This document shows positions 1 to 11,858 of a DNA stretch of 64,000 nucleotides, in pieces. The stretch covers positions 675,713 to 739,712 of the forward strand of contig CAJFCJ010000004.1 of NCBI GenBank assembly GCA_904063045.1. The letters are read 5' to 3'. The position numbers and the translations under genes are program-made. The notes beneath the pieces were generated by a model that ran no database searches, was not told where the DNA came from, and was given only the letters and a program-made list of their open reading frames with translations. Every line of letters begins with the position of its first letter. The stretch's first letter is position 1. This DNA is from Dimorphilus gyrociliatus. Lineage: Eukaryota > Animalia > Annelida.

Positions 1-44
1 TTTTAAATAGAAATAGTGAAATAATGATATTATTTAATAATTAC

Positions 45-305
45 CAGCCGTTCTTCTCATTATGTTTAGATGATCAACAGTTAATTCTAATATTGCAGCC
101 TTGTCTAATTTACATAATTTCGGATTCTGCATAAATACAATTGAGAGATAAGATATAATTTAATTTAGATTCTATAATAATAACAATTAAAAAGTGCGAA
201 TCTTACTTTTCTTTGTAGATGTTCGCCCAAAATCATCAGCTTCAATTGAGACAAACACTCATTTATTCTCGCTCTTCGTCTCTTTTCCATTAAAGGTTTA
301 GCAGT
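45..305 (-). CDS. Hes/hairy/E(spl)-family bHLH repressor, two internal exons (305-207, 126-45); gene continues past the left edge; first coding exon not located
   Basis: Spliced translation TAKPLMEKRRRARINECLSQLKLMILGEHLQRK | NPKLCKLDKAAILELTVDHLNIMRRTA matches the Hes bHLH signature (KPIMEKRRRARIN...KLEKADILEMTV). GT-AG boundaries at 307/306, 206, 127 and 44, with the typical Hes exon phases. Confidence 0.92.
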
Positions 306-605
306 CTAATTAATGATAGAAAAGAAGCATATTATAAATAGTTGTGGTAAAATATTTTAATTTTATATAAATTAATTGACACGTTTCAAGTGATTCTTCA
401 ATTAATCTTTTACGTTTATTGAAGCGTGTGTCGTTCAAGTATTGAAAAATTTATCTTAAAAATCGAGCTATTCTATTTAAAAATTTTGACAGATTAGTTT
501 CTTTCCTTTTCCTTTTTAAGATAGATCTTAACTTTGATGGTAAATTGTTCAAATATATGTTCAAAAACTTTTGTTTGAGTTGTACGCTTGAAGAAATTGT
601 TCAAG

Positions 606-622
606 CACGAGTTGAACGCGTG
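606..622. promoter_or_regulatory. Inverted pair of Hes-binding motifs (N-box CACGAG and class C CACGCG)
   Basis: CACGAG at 606-611 (+) and CACGCG at 622-617 (-), about 300 nt upstream of Hes exon 2. Confidence 0.45.
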
Positions 623-820
623 CTGAATATTTGGCTTTTTGAAAAATCTTTCCAACTGAGCTGAATGGCGTTAACAAGCCGTCGCACCGTCCGGGTCAAA
701 GGCGTCCGATTTTATGAATAGTGCCGTAACACTCTACTGTCAGGACTTTTCTGAGGGAAGTTTCAATTTGAATGGCCTATGAGAATTTATAAATTGCTTA
801 TTATGATCGGACTATTAGTT

Positions 821-828
821 TTCTCACG
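821..828 (-). promoter_or_regulatory. CSL/Su(H)-type site CGTGAGAA
   Basis: Exact YGTGRGAA match upstream of a Hes gene, a canonical Notch target family. A single 8-mer is weak evidence on its own. Confidence 0.4.
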
Positions 829-1421
829 ATCCAGGCGTTTTTCACATTCCTAAGCCTATATTCGTCTTTTCTCTAGAGATTTCACGGCATTATGATGTTC
901 TTGTTAAAGTACTACTATACATATAAGTTCATGTATACCATATACAGTATATTACCGTCCACTAAAGAAACAAAATATTTATAATACTCTATCTTTAAAA
1001 AGACTCTTATTTTTATATTATGTTCATATCTCTATGTAACATATTGTGTAAAATTTATAGCATATAATCAATTGAGTAACTTTAACCTTATTGGGGACAC
1101 CCGCATAAACTTTGAAATTTTATTATATCCAAAGATTCCAATTGCACGTATCTTCTAAACGTACTATCAATACGTTAAAAGGGAAATTATTTATCACTAA
1201 TCCACAATATTCTGATCATATATTAACAAAAAGAAGAAAAAAAGACGGATTCCAAGGGTCATTAGGCAAATGTAACGAACACTGAGAATTTTTATAACTT
1301 TTAATGGTGTTTTTTTTAAACGAAAAGCCAATAAAGACTTCTTTCAGCATTAAATCATTTACTGAAAAGAAACGCCTCCGTCTCTAACTGGGATATGTCC
1401 CACTTTAACGCCTTAAATTAT

Positions 1422-1424
<3 letters not shown>

Positions 1425-1452
<28 letters not shown>
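1425..1452. repeat. (TC)14 microsatellite
   Basis: Directly visible dinucleotide run. Confidence 0.95.
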
Positions 1453-3156
1453 CTTTCTTTATCTATCAAGGCTGACAGTTTATCATTGAAATTGAATATA
1501 AAATAAAAATTAAACGCCATATTTCGTAAAGCTGATGACATTCTGTTTTCTACTTAAATAAAAGAGACAATAGTAAAAATTTGTATTTATCTTTTTGATT
1601 TTGTACAATGAAAAATATTCTATCGATAATATTTTTAAAGTATTTAAATTCGAGTTGAATACTCTGAGGTTTTGGTGAGAAAATTACTTGTACAGACTAT
1701 ATTTACTGTAAGTAAGCGGAGACGTATAGTATACACTTCAATGGTTACAGTAATTTGAAACTTTCTTGTAGCTTTTAGCACAATGTTATGAAGATTAACA
1801 TTAAAATATAATGATAATATTTAGAAAAAGATTCAAATAAACTTCAATATTTTGTTGATTTTGATTTAATTAAAGTTAAATCTTAATCTATAATTCTTTA
1901 TCGGATAATATATTTTATAGATATACAAACTTTGGTTACTGTGGATACGCCAGCGTTTTGTTCGTCATTAAATTCCTCATTATCGTCTAACATTGTTAGT
2001 AGAACCTGCTCAAAAACTGTTCTATTCAAATTTCACCTTAAAAATGCAATGAAAACAGATTGTAGCTTTCATATTTAAAACGATACCATTGGACGTTGAT
2101 TGGTTGACCTTTTTTCTTAGCTCCTCCTTTCGAATTTTATTGGCCAGTGTAAACTTAATCTCTATCTTTTCATAACGATTAAATTACGTAATTCTACCGT
2201 TTTTGGTAATTATTTTCATAAAAATATTAATCTCTTCTGGAATTTTTTTCATTTAGGAACAAAAGTTCAGTCATTTTTTGACATCTTGGAGTAGAATTTC
2301 TTCTGTCAGACGTTCATTTCATTAAATAAAACTACAAGTATATAAACGAAATCTAATTAACCTTATCGTTATCATAATTATAATGAATTAAGAACGTATT
2401 TTTGAATTAAAACATCATTTTGAGTTACTGTTTAACGAAATGTATTTACACTAAGAATAGCTTGGTATAACTGTATTTATGTTATTGAGGACAAATTTTG
2501 CATTGAATTTAGACGTTATTTATTAAAGTTGAGCAGCCAAATAGATATAAAGTATTCACGTTCCGCATCAGAAAGTTCTATTTATTGAAAAAGTATATTT
2601 TAAATGAAATGCAGAAGAGAGAATATTTGAAACTTTTACGATTGCTGTGGTTTATTTGACTCCTCCTTATTCATTCATATGTCATCAGTCGTAAAATTTG
2701 GATAAAAATCATAAACAAATGAAATGTTTACAACGGTAATAAAGACCCTTAAGGTAGAACGTGCGCGTTTGTAAAAAAAAATGGTGCATTCTATAAATGT
2801 CTCTTGGAAAGAAAGAGAAAAAATGACATATTGTGAGCTGTCGACCTTCAATTGAAGAATTCTGAGGAGAAATAGAATATGATAAGTTACGTCTTGAAGA
2901 GATATGAAGAAGGGTAGAATGCGGGATCTAGTGAAGATGCCGCCGAAATGACGTAGAAGAACCGACCCCTGACCTAAAAGCCATGGATACTGGCCATAGG
3001 AATTTTGCGGCAAGGAAATAGCGTCTGTTAAATAAGAAGAAAGGTGTTTCAACGGGCAAAAGATGAAATTTTCAGCGTCGTTTACATTTTATGATAGGCC
3101 GACAAAGAAGGCGGGTGTAAACCGTTAGATTTCAGGGCTATTCCGTTCGCATAAGC

Positions 3157-3165
3157 GGCACGTGC
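3157..3165. promoter_or_regulatory. Class B E-box GGCACGTGC (E(spl)/Hes high-affinity type)
   Basis: Matches the GGCACGTGY core, in a CpG-rich patch upstream of the Hes gene. Confidence 0.35.
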
Positions 3166-4680
3166 ACTTAACTTTAAAAAGGGGTGTATGTATGTCTTCA
3201 ACCCAAGATCTAAATGTAATTATGCCTAATGTGTTCCCTAAATTCTTTCTTAATATTTGTCCAATTTGTAACTTCTTAAGGGTAATTTCCTCCCTCTTTT
3301 CGCAAAATAGACACGATCCTTAATTTTTCGCAAAGTGATTAGACTGAAACATTATTTGTAAGTTAGTGATCTCTGTTAGAATTCTGTATGGCATATATAT
3401 AATGAAACCCAATACAAAATGCTTGGAATTGAGTTGCAAGTTGATGCCGACCACCCGGACTTTTAAGGAATATATTAAATGAACAATAATTTCCCTCTCT
3501 TTCGATGTCGACAGCCATTCGAACGTTTAAGGGACAAAACTGTCAACCAGCAGGAAAATTCTCTGTTAAATACATAAATTTTTTACTTTTCTTCTCTATA
3601 ATTAGTTTTTGGCTTAAATTTCATTCAAACTTGTAAACTTTGATTCTAAAGTTGAATTCTCTTTTGATAATTCGTTCGAAATATTAAATGATATAGAAAA
3701 GAAGGTTCTTTAGATAATCATCAATCAATTTTATCACGTACAAATGCCTTTAAATAGAAATTCTCTCAAACGATCAATTCATGTGTGAAACATATGGATT
3801 CAAGACGATTATGAAGGTTATTTGATGAATTTGGGCGTATTTTATTTTAAAAGGTTGCTTTTACTTGAAAAAAGTTGTAAATACCGTCTTTTACGCATTT
3901 ATCCACTCCTTTTTTTCACTCTAGCCGTAAGATATTACAATAAATTTGCATAATTTCCCCAGGTTTTTTTAGAAATGTTTATTCGGAGGAAATAGCCATT
4001 AATTTTACATTTCTTCGTATGAAATTCTCCTTGTTAGAAGGAGTAAAAGTTAAATATTCCTAAAGTGGGTGCTAATTAGGCCGTTTAGGCGGCATATATC
4101 CCGAAACTTTGATGGCCATTTACTCAATACGGAAACCTACGAGTAGTGTGAAAATGCCTAAAATCTTTCTCTATTTCCATTTTATTACCAACCGACAAAA
4201 GACTTGAAATAAACAGCCTCTAAACCTGAATATGTTAACAATTAGGACAAATTCTAAACATTATTTCCTATTCCTTTTGTTTCTGTATCCATAGTCAATA
4301 TTTTCCTTTTCTTTTATTTATTAATATTACAAATCTAAGCCTGTTAAAGGAGATAAGCAAGATATATATATATATATCTTTATGGAAGGTGTGTTTCAAA
4401 ATACTTGAAATAATTGAATCTATTCATCTATCTTCAATTGGCAGTGTAATGTATCAAATTTTATTTTTTCATCTCCTTCAAGTTCAAAGAAAACTGAAGA
4501 TTTTATTTATTCTTCTCTTTCTTATTTAAATTCTTTAATTTTAAGAAAACCCCGCAATCCAACTAGGAAGACTTAGAAAGCACGAATTTGGTCGGCAACT
4601 TTCTCTCTTTACAGAAATTGCGTATATAAAAAAAGATATTTAAAGGTGACGTTTGAACGGTCATTAACTTTTATGTAAAC

Positions 4681-4758
4681 TGTGAGAAACTTCCTAATTG
4701 GTAACTTTTTGAAGTGATAGTGAAGGTTAGCGACAAGAGGGCACGCGCCTGCACGCGC
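4681..4758. promoter_or_regulatory. Candidate enhancer: CSL-type site plus tandem class C Hes sites
   Basis: TGTGAGAA at 4681-4688, GGCACGCGCC at 4740-4749 and a second GCACGCG at 4751-4757. Confidence 0.45.
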
Positions 4759-5353
4759 TAAAGAAAAAATACAGAATATAGAACCAGTCTTTCAGATTCT
4801 CCCTTCGGCAAAAAGCTTTGGGAGAGATTGGAAGAATGAGAAGGAAAGTTGGGTGCTGTTCAAGTGTGCTCTGTTGACGGGACTTGTCAAAACGTTCGAA
4901 TAGTGTCAGAATTCCGTTCGAACACCTGCAATGATTCAATCAAGCGATCGCGGGGCGAGACCGTTCTGCTCGACCAGGCGTGGCAGGACGCCTAAAGTTA
5001 AGGCCTTTATTTTTAGTGTTCTATTCAATTTGTCGATTGATAAATTATGGTTTCTAATTCGCTGCTCTTTTCCATTCCCTGTGGCTTTTTTTTTTAACTT
5101 TTACTAATGAAAGATGTCTCGTTCTTGTCATTCGGAGCAATATGGTTATCTTATTACTAGACCCTCTTTATACATGTCTCGTTTTGCGTGTCATACGAAA
5201 ATGTCTAAATAATAGAAGAACTTTTGCTTCACTTGTTGCAGGTTTTCTTTTAAAGTTTTGAAACTTAAATGCTTATTTTGATAAGTTATAAAAGAATGTA
5301 TTTACATGTTAAAATTTAAGCATCAGAAGTATACTACGAATTACTTTTATCAC

Positions 5354-6232
5354 TTACGTTAAAGTAAAGTGACTAGAATGAGTTTTCAAATGTTCTCCTA
5401 TTCTTTCCTTAAGAATGTTATTAATATTTCGACAGCCTTCAACAGCACAGTCAAGTAGCTTTTCCAAATGATCAGCGTGTAATCGACCTTTCATTTGCAT
5501 GTAAGCAATTTGTTCATCTTTTGGTAAAAGGCCAACAATTAGAACAGCACTACCAGACGATTCCTCTACATAATTTACATCCACAACTGATTTCTCATCT
5601 ACTATTGTAGCAGAGCAGCAGGTGACAATGTCCTTTAGAGCAATACCTAAAATTTTTTTGTTCGTTTAAAATAGAGTAAATAAGAATTACATTTAAATCC
5701 TTACCAGCGTCAATTAGAGCTAGAGTTGAAGCATTAAGACAAGCACAGAAGTCGCTTCCATCGGATTGAACTATTTCTACGTATACATCAATTTGACATC
5801 GCGCGTATAAGTGGGACATAACAGCAGCATTTAATGCTTGAACCAAGTGCTATAAAAGAGTTAGCAGATGCATCAGATCGTCCTAATATAAAGAGCCTTA
5901 AAATTATATGAAATAGATAAGTGATGTACCTGATTCGTTTCGCTGGAATTTCGACCAAATTTCATATGAGTCTTTCTCTCAGAACTACTAAATGCACTCT
6001 TGCTAAATTGACAATTGATAACAGCTTTATCGGGATTAGAACGTCCCCTGCCGCCCTTAACTTCATGAGGTCCATAGACTGTAGCTAAAACTTTTGTGTT
6101 ACCCTGTTCTAGGTAGGCAGAGCCATCGGCGTTGGGAAAGACACCCAACCTCGTTTCTATACGTCTCAATTCTGTTGGTTTTCTTCCATCAAGGCGAAAG
6201 TTTTGATCTTTCAAAAGTTCCCATGCAGCCAT
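5354..6232 (-). CDS. EXOSC4: Exosome complex component RRP41 (3 exons: 6232-5930, 5849-5705, 5646-5354)
   Basis: RNase PH-fold motifs: FRLDGRKPTELRR, ADGSAYLEQGNTKVLATVYGPHE, QIDVYVEIVQSDG, NASTLALIDAG. All introns are GT-AG and in frame. Confidence 0.96.
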
Positions 6233-6690
6233 GGTAAATTTATAATATCGCTCGGGACACCGTATTGCAACCGGCAATTTGGAATGGAACAGTCAGCGAT
6301 TCTAACCTAGATAAAAGTCACAAATACATACATTTTGCAATTAAACTTTTTGATTAAAAGTTAACTTAAATATAGTTATATGTCAAATAAAAAAAAGAAA
6401 AACTCGATAATTGAAAACAATTAAAGATTAATAATCGAATGATGTATTGGTTCTGATGGAAATTTGCTACAAGATAAGAAACTTGTGAAAGCCGGGAAAA
6501 AATGTAAAGCTTTCATATTCTGTTTTTTGAAAAGCCCAAAAAGCTAATTTTATCTTTTTGAGCATCATATCTCAGCTTTTTTTCAGAATACATGAAACAT
6601 AGTTTCTGACCTTCCAAAAATATATTTTGTAAGGGGTTATGTATATAAATATATGATACTAAATACTTGAAGTTATATAAAAGCTCTAAA

Positions 6691-7914
6691 TTATTTGCTG
6701 TAATGTCTAAACTCAGGTTTCAATTCCCACATATTCTTGTGTGGAGCTTTCGTGTTGTAAATGCAGAGTTCGTTTAGTATTTCTTTCAGAAAAGCCTAAA
6801 ACCAAAAAAGATATTTAATAAACTACATATAACTATAAAAAATATATTATTTACAATGGGTTGTTGAGTGAGAGTCTGTAAATCCTTGATATTATAGTAT
6901 TGATGCTTTTCGAAAGCCTGTAAAGGAATTGAACTTGAATATAACCACAAAAAATGTTTCGTATTTTGTGCGTACCGCAAAAAGTCGTTCTTGAACCTGG
7001 TCCTTTTCTCCTCTGACCTTCTTTGTAGTGTCTTTACGACTTGTCTAAATTAATAAATAAAGCAATTATTTAGCTATGAGAGTTAAATAAGTATGGAGGT
7101 GTCTTATCTTACATCGTGAGATGAACGACTGAGAGGTTTAATAACACAGACTTCATTCGTTTGTATAACCTTTCTGATTGGCTCATTTCTCTTCAGAACT
7201 TGCTTACTATAAATATTTAATATTAAAATATTTAATCGAAACAAGTTGACAAATCTTACGATTTCATTTTCAAGTATGTATTATCATCACGCATTGGCAC
7301 GCCATCGGCTTTCTGCTTTATTCGACCAGTGATAGCTACTCTCTCTGAAATTGAAATTTATTGCAATTTATTGCAATTAGTTTCATAACTGATTCAGGCT
7401 ACCTTGATATTGAAGAAGAGTTTTTCCTGAGGCATCTAAGAACAGAATTATTTAAATTAGAGCCTGGAGATAATTCGTTTACTAACCGTAGCAGGGAGTC
7501 TGACTCATTGCATAAAAGTGTTCATTGTTAAACGTATTCATGTTAAACTTTAATTCTTTTGGGATTTTCGAATCATCACCCGACTTTCCGTTTACCAGTT
7601 CGTCTTTTAGGTGAAAACGCACGTCAGATTTACCATTTTTATCACTGTTGAAAAAAACCAGACTACATTTATTTAAACGGTAAATATCAAAATACCTTGG
7701 CTTTTTAACAATCAGAGTCCCTACTTGGCCGTCTCCTGAAGAACTTTCCCATCTATCTGAGACATACTTTGGAATCTAAAATTATAAATGACCATGCGAT
7801 ATTAAAGATGAGAACGAATAAAATAATATTTGCCTTAACAAGCCATAAGCCTCTGTTTGAATTAGTAATGTCGACTTTTTTAGGATCGTGAGCTTTATCT
7901 AAGGGATCTGACAT
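6691..7914 (-). CDS. GTF2F2: TFIIF beta subunit (RAP30), multi-exon
   Basis: Spliced product begins MSDPLDK...GLWLVK|IPKYVSDRW and ends LFA|AFEKHQYYNIKDLQTLTQQPI|AFLKEIL...HKNMWELKPEFRHYSK, matching RAP30 (VWLVKVPKY; AFEKHQYYNLKDL; WELKPEY). Confidence 0.95.
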
Positions 7915-8050
7915 AGCTGTTTTAGCGAAGAAGTCGTTGAATCCTCAGTTTTTCTCTAAAAATCTATTTTTTTCACTTTACGTAAAAAGAATAACTGGTA
8001 GAAAAATTAATGGGTATTACTAAAACACATTTCGCCGACTTGAGTTATAG

Positions 8051-9170
8051 ATGGTATCTATTTTATATGAAATCATTTGAATAGCATTATAAAAATCTTC
8101 TAATCTAAAATTTTTTTTCGTTGTAAACAGGAGCCTTCCCTTCTGACTATAAAGGCCATTATTATCCTTGATAACAATGGGAAAAGGATAATTTCAAAGG
8201 TATTTGCCTATTATCGCCCATCACATGATTTAGATTATCCTATTTAAATGTATTTGATATGTCAATCATATTTCTTTTTTTATACCATTAAAGTTTCTCA
8301 TAAAATATCCATAGAATATAGTGTGACTTCGTAATTCGAATATTATATATATAATTGTTTAGATACCGTATCTAAGATATAGCATATCAAGATGATGCAT
8401 CATTTATTCCCATATATAATTTCTGAATGAATACTAATATTGCTTATGTGCTTTATTTTAATACAAAATTCTTGGTAACTAAAGTATTTAATTAATTTAA
8501 TCTTTTTATTCGAAGAATAGAGTTTCAAAATATGTATTTATTTAAAAAAACAAAGCTTTCGTCTTTTTGTAATCTTTAGATATATTAACTACCTCTTGCT
8601 AATGCTAAATCTCAAAGGTTGTTTGATATCATTAAAGTCAACTTCTTTTTTTTCAGTATTATGATGATACATTCCCGTCTATAAAAGAGCAAAAGCAGTG
8701 GGAAACTAAGCTCTTCTCAAAAACACATAAAGCCAATTCTGACATTACAATTCTAGATCAACTGACTGCTGTTTACAGGAATAATGTTGATCTCTTTTTT
8801 TATGTTGTTGGAGGTTCAAGCGAGAATGAGTTGATTTTATCACACGTTTTATCTACATTTTATGAATCAGTTAGTTATATTCTAAGAAAGAATGTAGAAA
8901 AAACTGAGCTTTTGGATAATTTAGATCAAGTGTTTTTAATCCTCGATGAGATTTGCGATCAGGGGTGAGTTTATAGTTTACAATTACTTTTGTAGGGTAT
9001 GAATTCTCTAATTGCTTATATGTTTCAGCATAATTTTGGAAAGCAATCCTCGGGCCATAGTTGAGAGATGTTTAGTTCGAGGTGATGAAATTCCACTGAG
9101 CGAACAAACTTTAGGTCAAGTGTTGAAAAATGCGAAAGAACAAATTCAATGGTCATTACTTAAAAGCTGA
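8051..9170 (+). CDS. COPZ1: Coatomer subunit zeta (exon 1 is ATG only; then 8131-8199, 8657 to about 8964, about 9030-9170)
   Basis: M|EPSLLTIKAIIILDNNGKRIISK|YYDDTFPSIKEQK...RKNVEK...DEICDQG|IILESNP...LSEQTLGQVLKNAKEQIQWSLLKS matches zeta-COP. Confidence 0.95.
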
Positions 9171-9622
9171 AATGTAAAAGTGACATACTATCGAGGTCTT
9201 TCGAATTCCGGAAATCAAACTGCCTTTGGCAAAAAACGGAATCTTGCCGATGGTTTTATTCTTACATTTTTAGGCTTACTTTTTAAGTACAAGTCATTAT
9301 TTTATTATCTACATCATTATTCAATAAAAATGTAATCGCAATTTATATTTCTTATTGAACATCAACTTTTACAGGGGCATTGTTTTATCAATATGTCTAT
9401 TAGTACGTCTGTTGTTGGTAACTTGTAGGATATAATGAGATTTCTACTTCAAATATTTAAATGGAAAAGGCTAAATATATAAATGACTAGCCCCGCTAAA
9501 GTCCTCATTTGTGGATATGCTAATTGTTTTTCTTCGACTGTCTTAAGTTAACACTTCCTATCGCGAAAACGAACAACTTCTCTAATTCATCAAATAAACA
9601 TTTATTTTTAAACCATCATTTC

Positions 9623-10289
9623 TTACTGAGGTTGTCCACCACCGCGTCCGAATCCTGATCCTCGTCCTCTGAATTGGAAATCTTGGGTAGATCCAGCGCC
9701 GGCTTCAGCGACCTTATCTCTTCTGTAAGCTGATCTTTCAGCATCAGCGCTAGCTGCGGCTCCTGATCTTGCTGCTTCTGGTTTCGGTCTTGGGCGAGCG
9801 GTCTCGGGTCTATTTTGTCTCTTCAAAGTAGCAGGGACGATCTCTGGTGGTAGACCCAAATAATCACGTAAATATTGGACACCGTCGTTGGTGAGGTACC
9901 TATAGAATGAAATGTCGTTGTAAATACTTTCTTATCTAGCAATGGGGCAAGACTTTCAGTTGACAATTAGTTGAACATTTTATGTTACAGCGCAATGTCG
10001 TCTGAGCAATGGAGAAATGCAATAGCACTTACCAATAATAGTGACGCCAAGCAAATTGTTCGGTCACGTAACCTCTAGATTTCAAAGACTGAAAAATAAA
10101 GAAATTGGATTTGAAGCTTTAAAAAAACAAATTTTCATTTCCACGCACTGTAAGAGCTTTGATAACATGAAGGTTAGGGACTGCCACATCCGGGTGCTTT
10201 GGGGAGAAAAAATCCTTCTTGGCAACCATAACACCTTCGTTGAAAAGGTATTCGTATATAAGTTGACGATTCTTCTTGGGCATCAACAT
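9623..10289 (-). CDS. RPS10: 40S ribosomal protein S10/eS10 (3 coding exons, introns about 10148-10089 and 10032-9900, plus a 5'UTR intron 10486-10291)
   Basis: [26 protein letters not shown]...[11 protein letters not shown]|[19 protein letters not shown]|[27 protein letters not shown]...[13 protein letters not shown]. Confidence 0.97.
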
Positions 10290-10514
10290 GCTGAAAAAAT
10301 ATGTCATTACTACATGTTGGGGGCGATAATAGGAAGAGGTGGTAACGTGTTGTATTTTTACGTAAAAACTTCACAAATTTTTAAATATTTCTGGTCAAGA
10401 ATATGTGTAATGTTATATTATACACAAAAAATGACTAAAATTTGAGAATAAACATGCGTTAAACTGCAAAATTTGTCATAAAGTACCTGACGGCGTGCAA
10501 CAATCCGAAATCTC

Positions 10515-10528
10515 GAGAAAAAGGAAGA
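10515..10528 (-). promoter_or_regulatory. 5' terminal oligopyrimidine (TOP/TCT) tract of RPS10
   Basis: Minus strand TCTTCCTTTTTCTC lies about 30 nt before a CAG|GTACTT donor at 10486. This is the typical arrangement of a ribosomal protein start site. Confidence 0.6.
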
Positions 10529-11351
10529 TGGACGCCGTATTTCCACGAGACTTAAAAATTCCACGTGACCGGAAAGAACTTGATGGCGCGAAATACGGCG
10601 AATGCAAACCTGGCATTTCCATCAACTCGAGATACTGCTTCACAAGAAAGTAATAATAATTTGGATAAATTGAAATAGATGGATGCTTGATTTAACAATC
10701 TCTGAAACCAAGATACTTATCAACTATGGTTTGTGTAATAAGGTATTCCGTAACTTATATAATATCCAGCCAATTGTATATAAAGAGTCGGGCGAAACCG
10801 GTTAATTTTTGTCCTCCACCGGTTGTAGCGTAGTCAATTCCATTTAAGCTCTTAATAGTATTCCACTGAAAGGATATGAATCAGAACACTGTTAAATATT
10901 TTCTATCTTTAAGTGCCTTAAAGTCACGAAGCTGTTATTTTTTTCACGAAACCTAACAAAGTAAGTTTGGACGTAAAATTTTTTAAGGGTTACTATATTC
11001 TCTAATTATAAGAGAAAAAATATGGTTAAATGCCAATATAAGTGTCAATGTAACAAAAAGTAATTGCATTAACCGAAAGAAATGGTTTATTGTTGTTTTC
11101 TGTTGAAAATAGCAAAAGTGACGTGTATTGTATATGTGCAAAACGACATGCTTTGCTACAGGTTTATTGTTATTTTCTATATTAAGCCTATATTGCTAAA
11201 GCGTCAGTGCTTCTATGTTATATGCATTGAACCCGGATATATACGAAAAAACGCAGCATCACGTGACTAGCCGTTAACCGCCATGTTATTACGTAAAGTT
11301 ATATAACCCATTCTGTCAGTCTCTTTTTCACTGCACATTCCTGCAATACTC

Positions 11352-11368
11352 TGACCTTCTCGTTACCT
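11352..11368 (-). promoter_or_regulatory. DR5 RARE-like element AGGTAA-N5-AGGTCA in the RAR 5' region
   Basis: Plus strand TGACCT tctcg TTACCT: one perfect and one single-mismatch half-site with 5-nt spacing. Confidence 0.45.
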
Positions 11369-11858
11369 CTGCAATATTATTTTTTTTACAACATGATGGT
11401 TGATTTTTCTGATGTATAATAATAAAGGTAAGCTGCAAGTAAAATGAACGGATTCTACTATGACTCAAAAACGATTTAGACATTCGAGTCTATTTACCTG
11501 TCAACAACTAAATATAGGCTTAATTTTTTTGTTTAAAGCTATGGAGAATATAAGTAATTCGTAAATATGATTGCATAACTGATAGAACGGACAATTTTTG
11601 GCGAAATATGCAAAAATTGGCTCTGTTTTTATAAATTCTAAAAATAGTACATGTAAACGAGAAGGGGCGTCTGTAAACAGAAAAAACGGCGGTGTTTGAA
11701 AAGTGAAAGTTTTTTCGACCAGACTTCACACAGCTGCGATTCTTATCTGGGAAACAGTCTATTTTTTCATGGTGAATTGGTGAGAGTACAGAAGAAATTT
11801 TTTATTAGCTTCGAGAGTAATTCATCGATCGATGCGCGTACGCAAGATGACGTAATAA

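Noticed and set aside
778-850. Possible Su(H) paired site
   Set aside because: Partner sites are degenerate and the spacing or orientation does not match the canonical head-to-head 15-22 nt arrangement.
2675-3052. 125-aa minus-strand ORF
   Set aside because: Non-ATG start, no recognisable motif, and composition typical of AT-rich non-coding DNA; more likely regulatory sequence upstream of the Hes gene.
4727-4939. 70-aa minus-strand ORF as possible Hes exon 1
   Set aside because: Starts at TTG, has no suitable phase-0 donor and does not resemble a Hes N-terminus.
10291-10339. Second TCT-like motif (CCTCTTCC) and GT at 10313 as RPS10 exon 1
   Set aside because: It would need a 23-nt intron; the upstream pyrimidine tract with a donor at 10486 fits better.
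10041-10445. 134-aa plus-strand ORF (and 10174-10374)
   Set aside because: Antisense or alternative-frame shadows of RPS10 exons.
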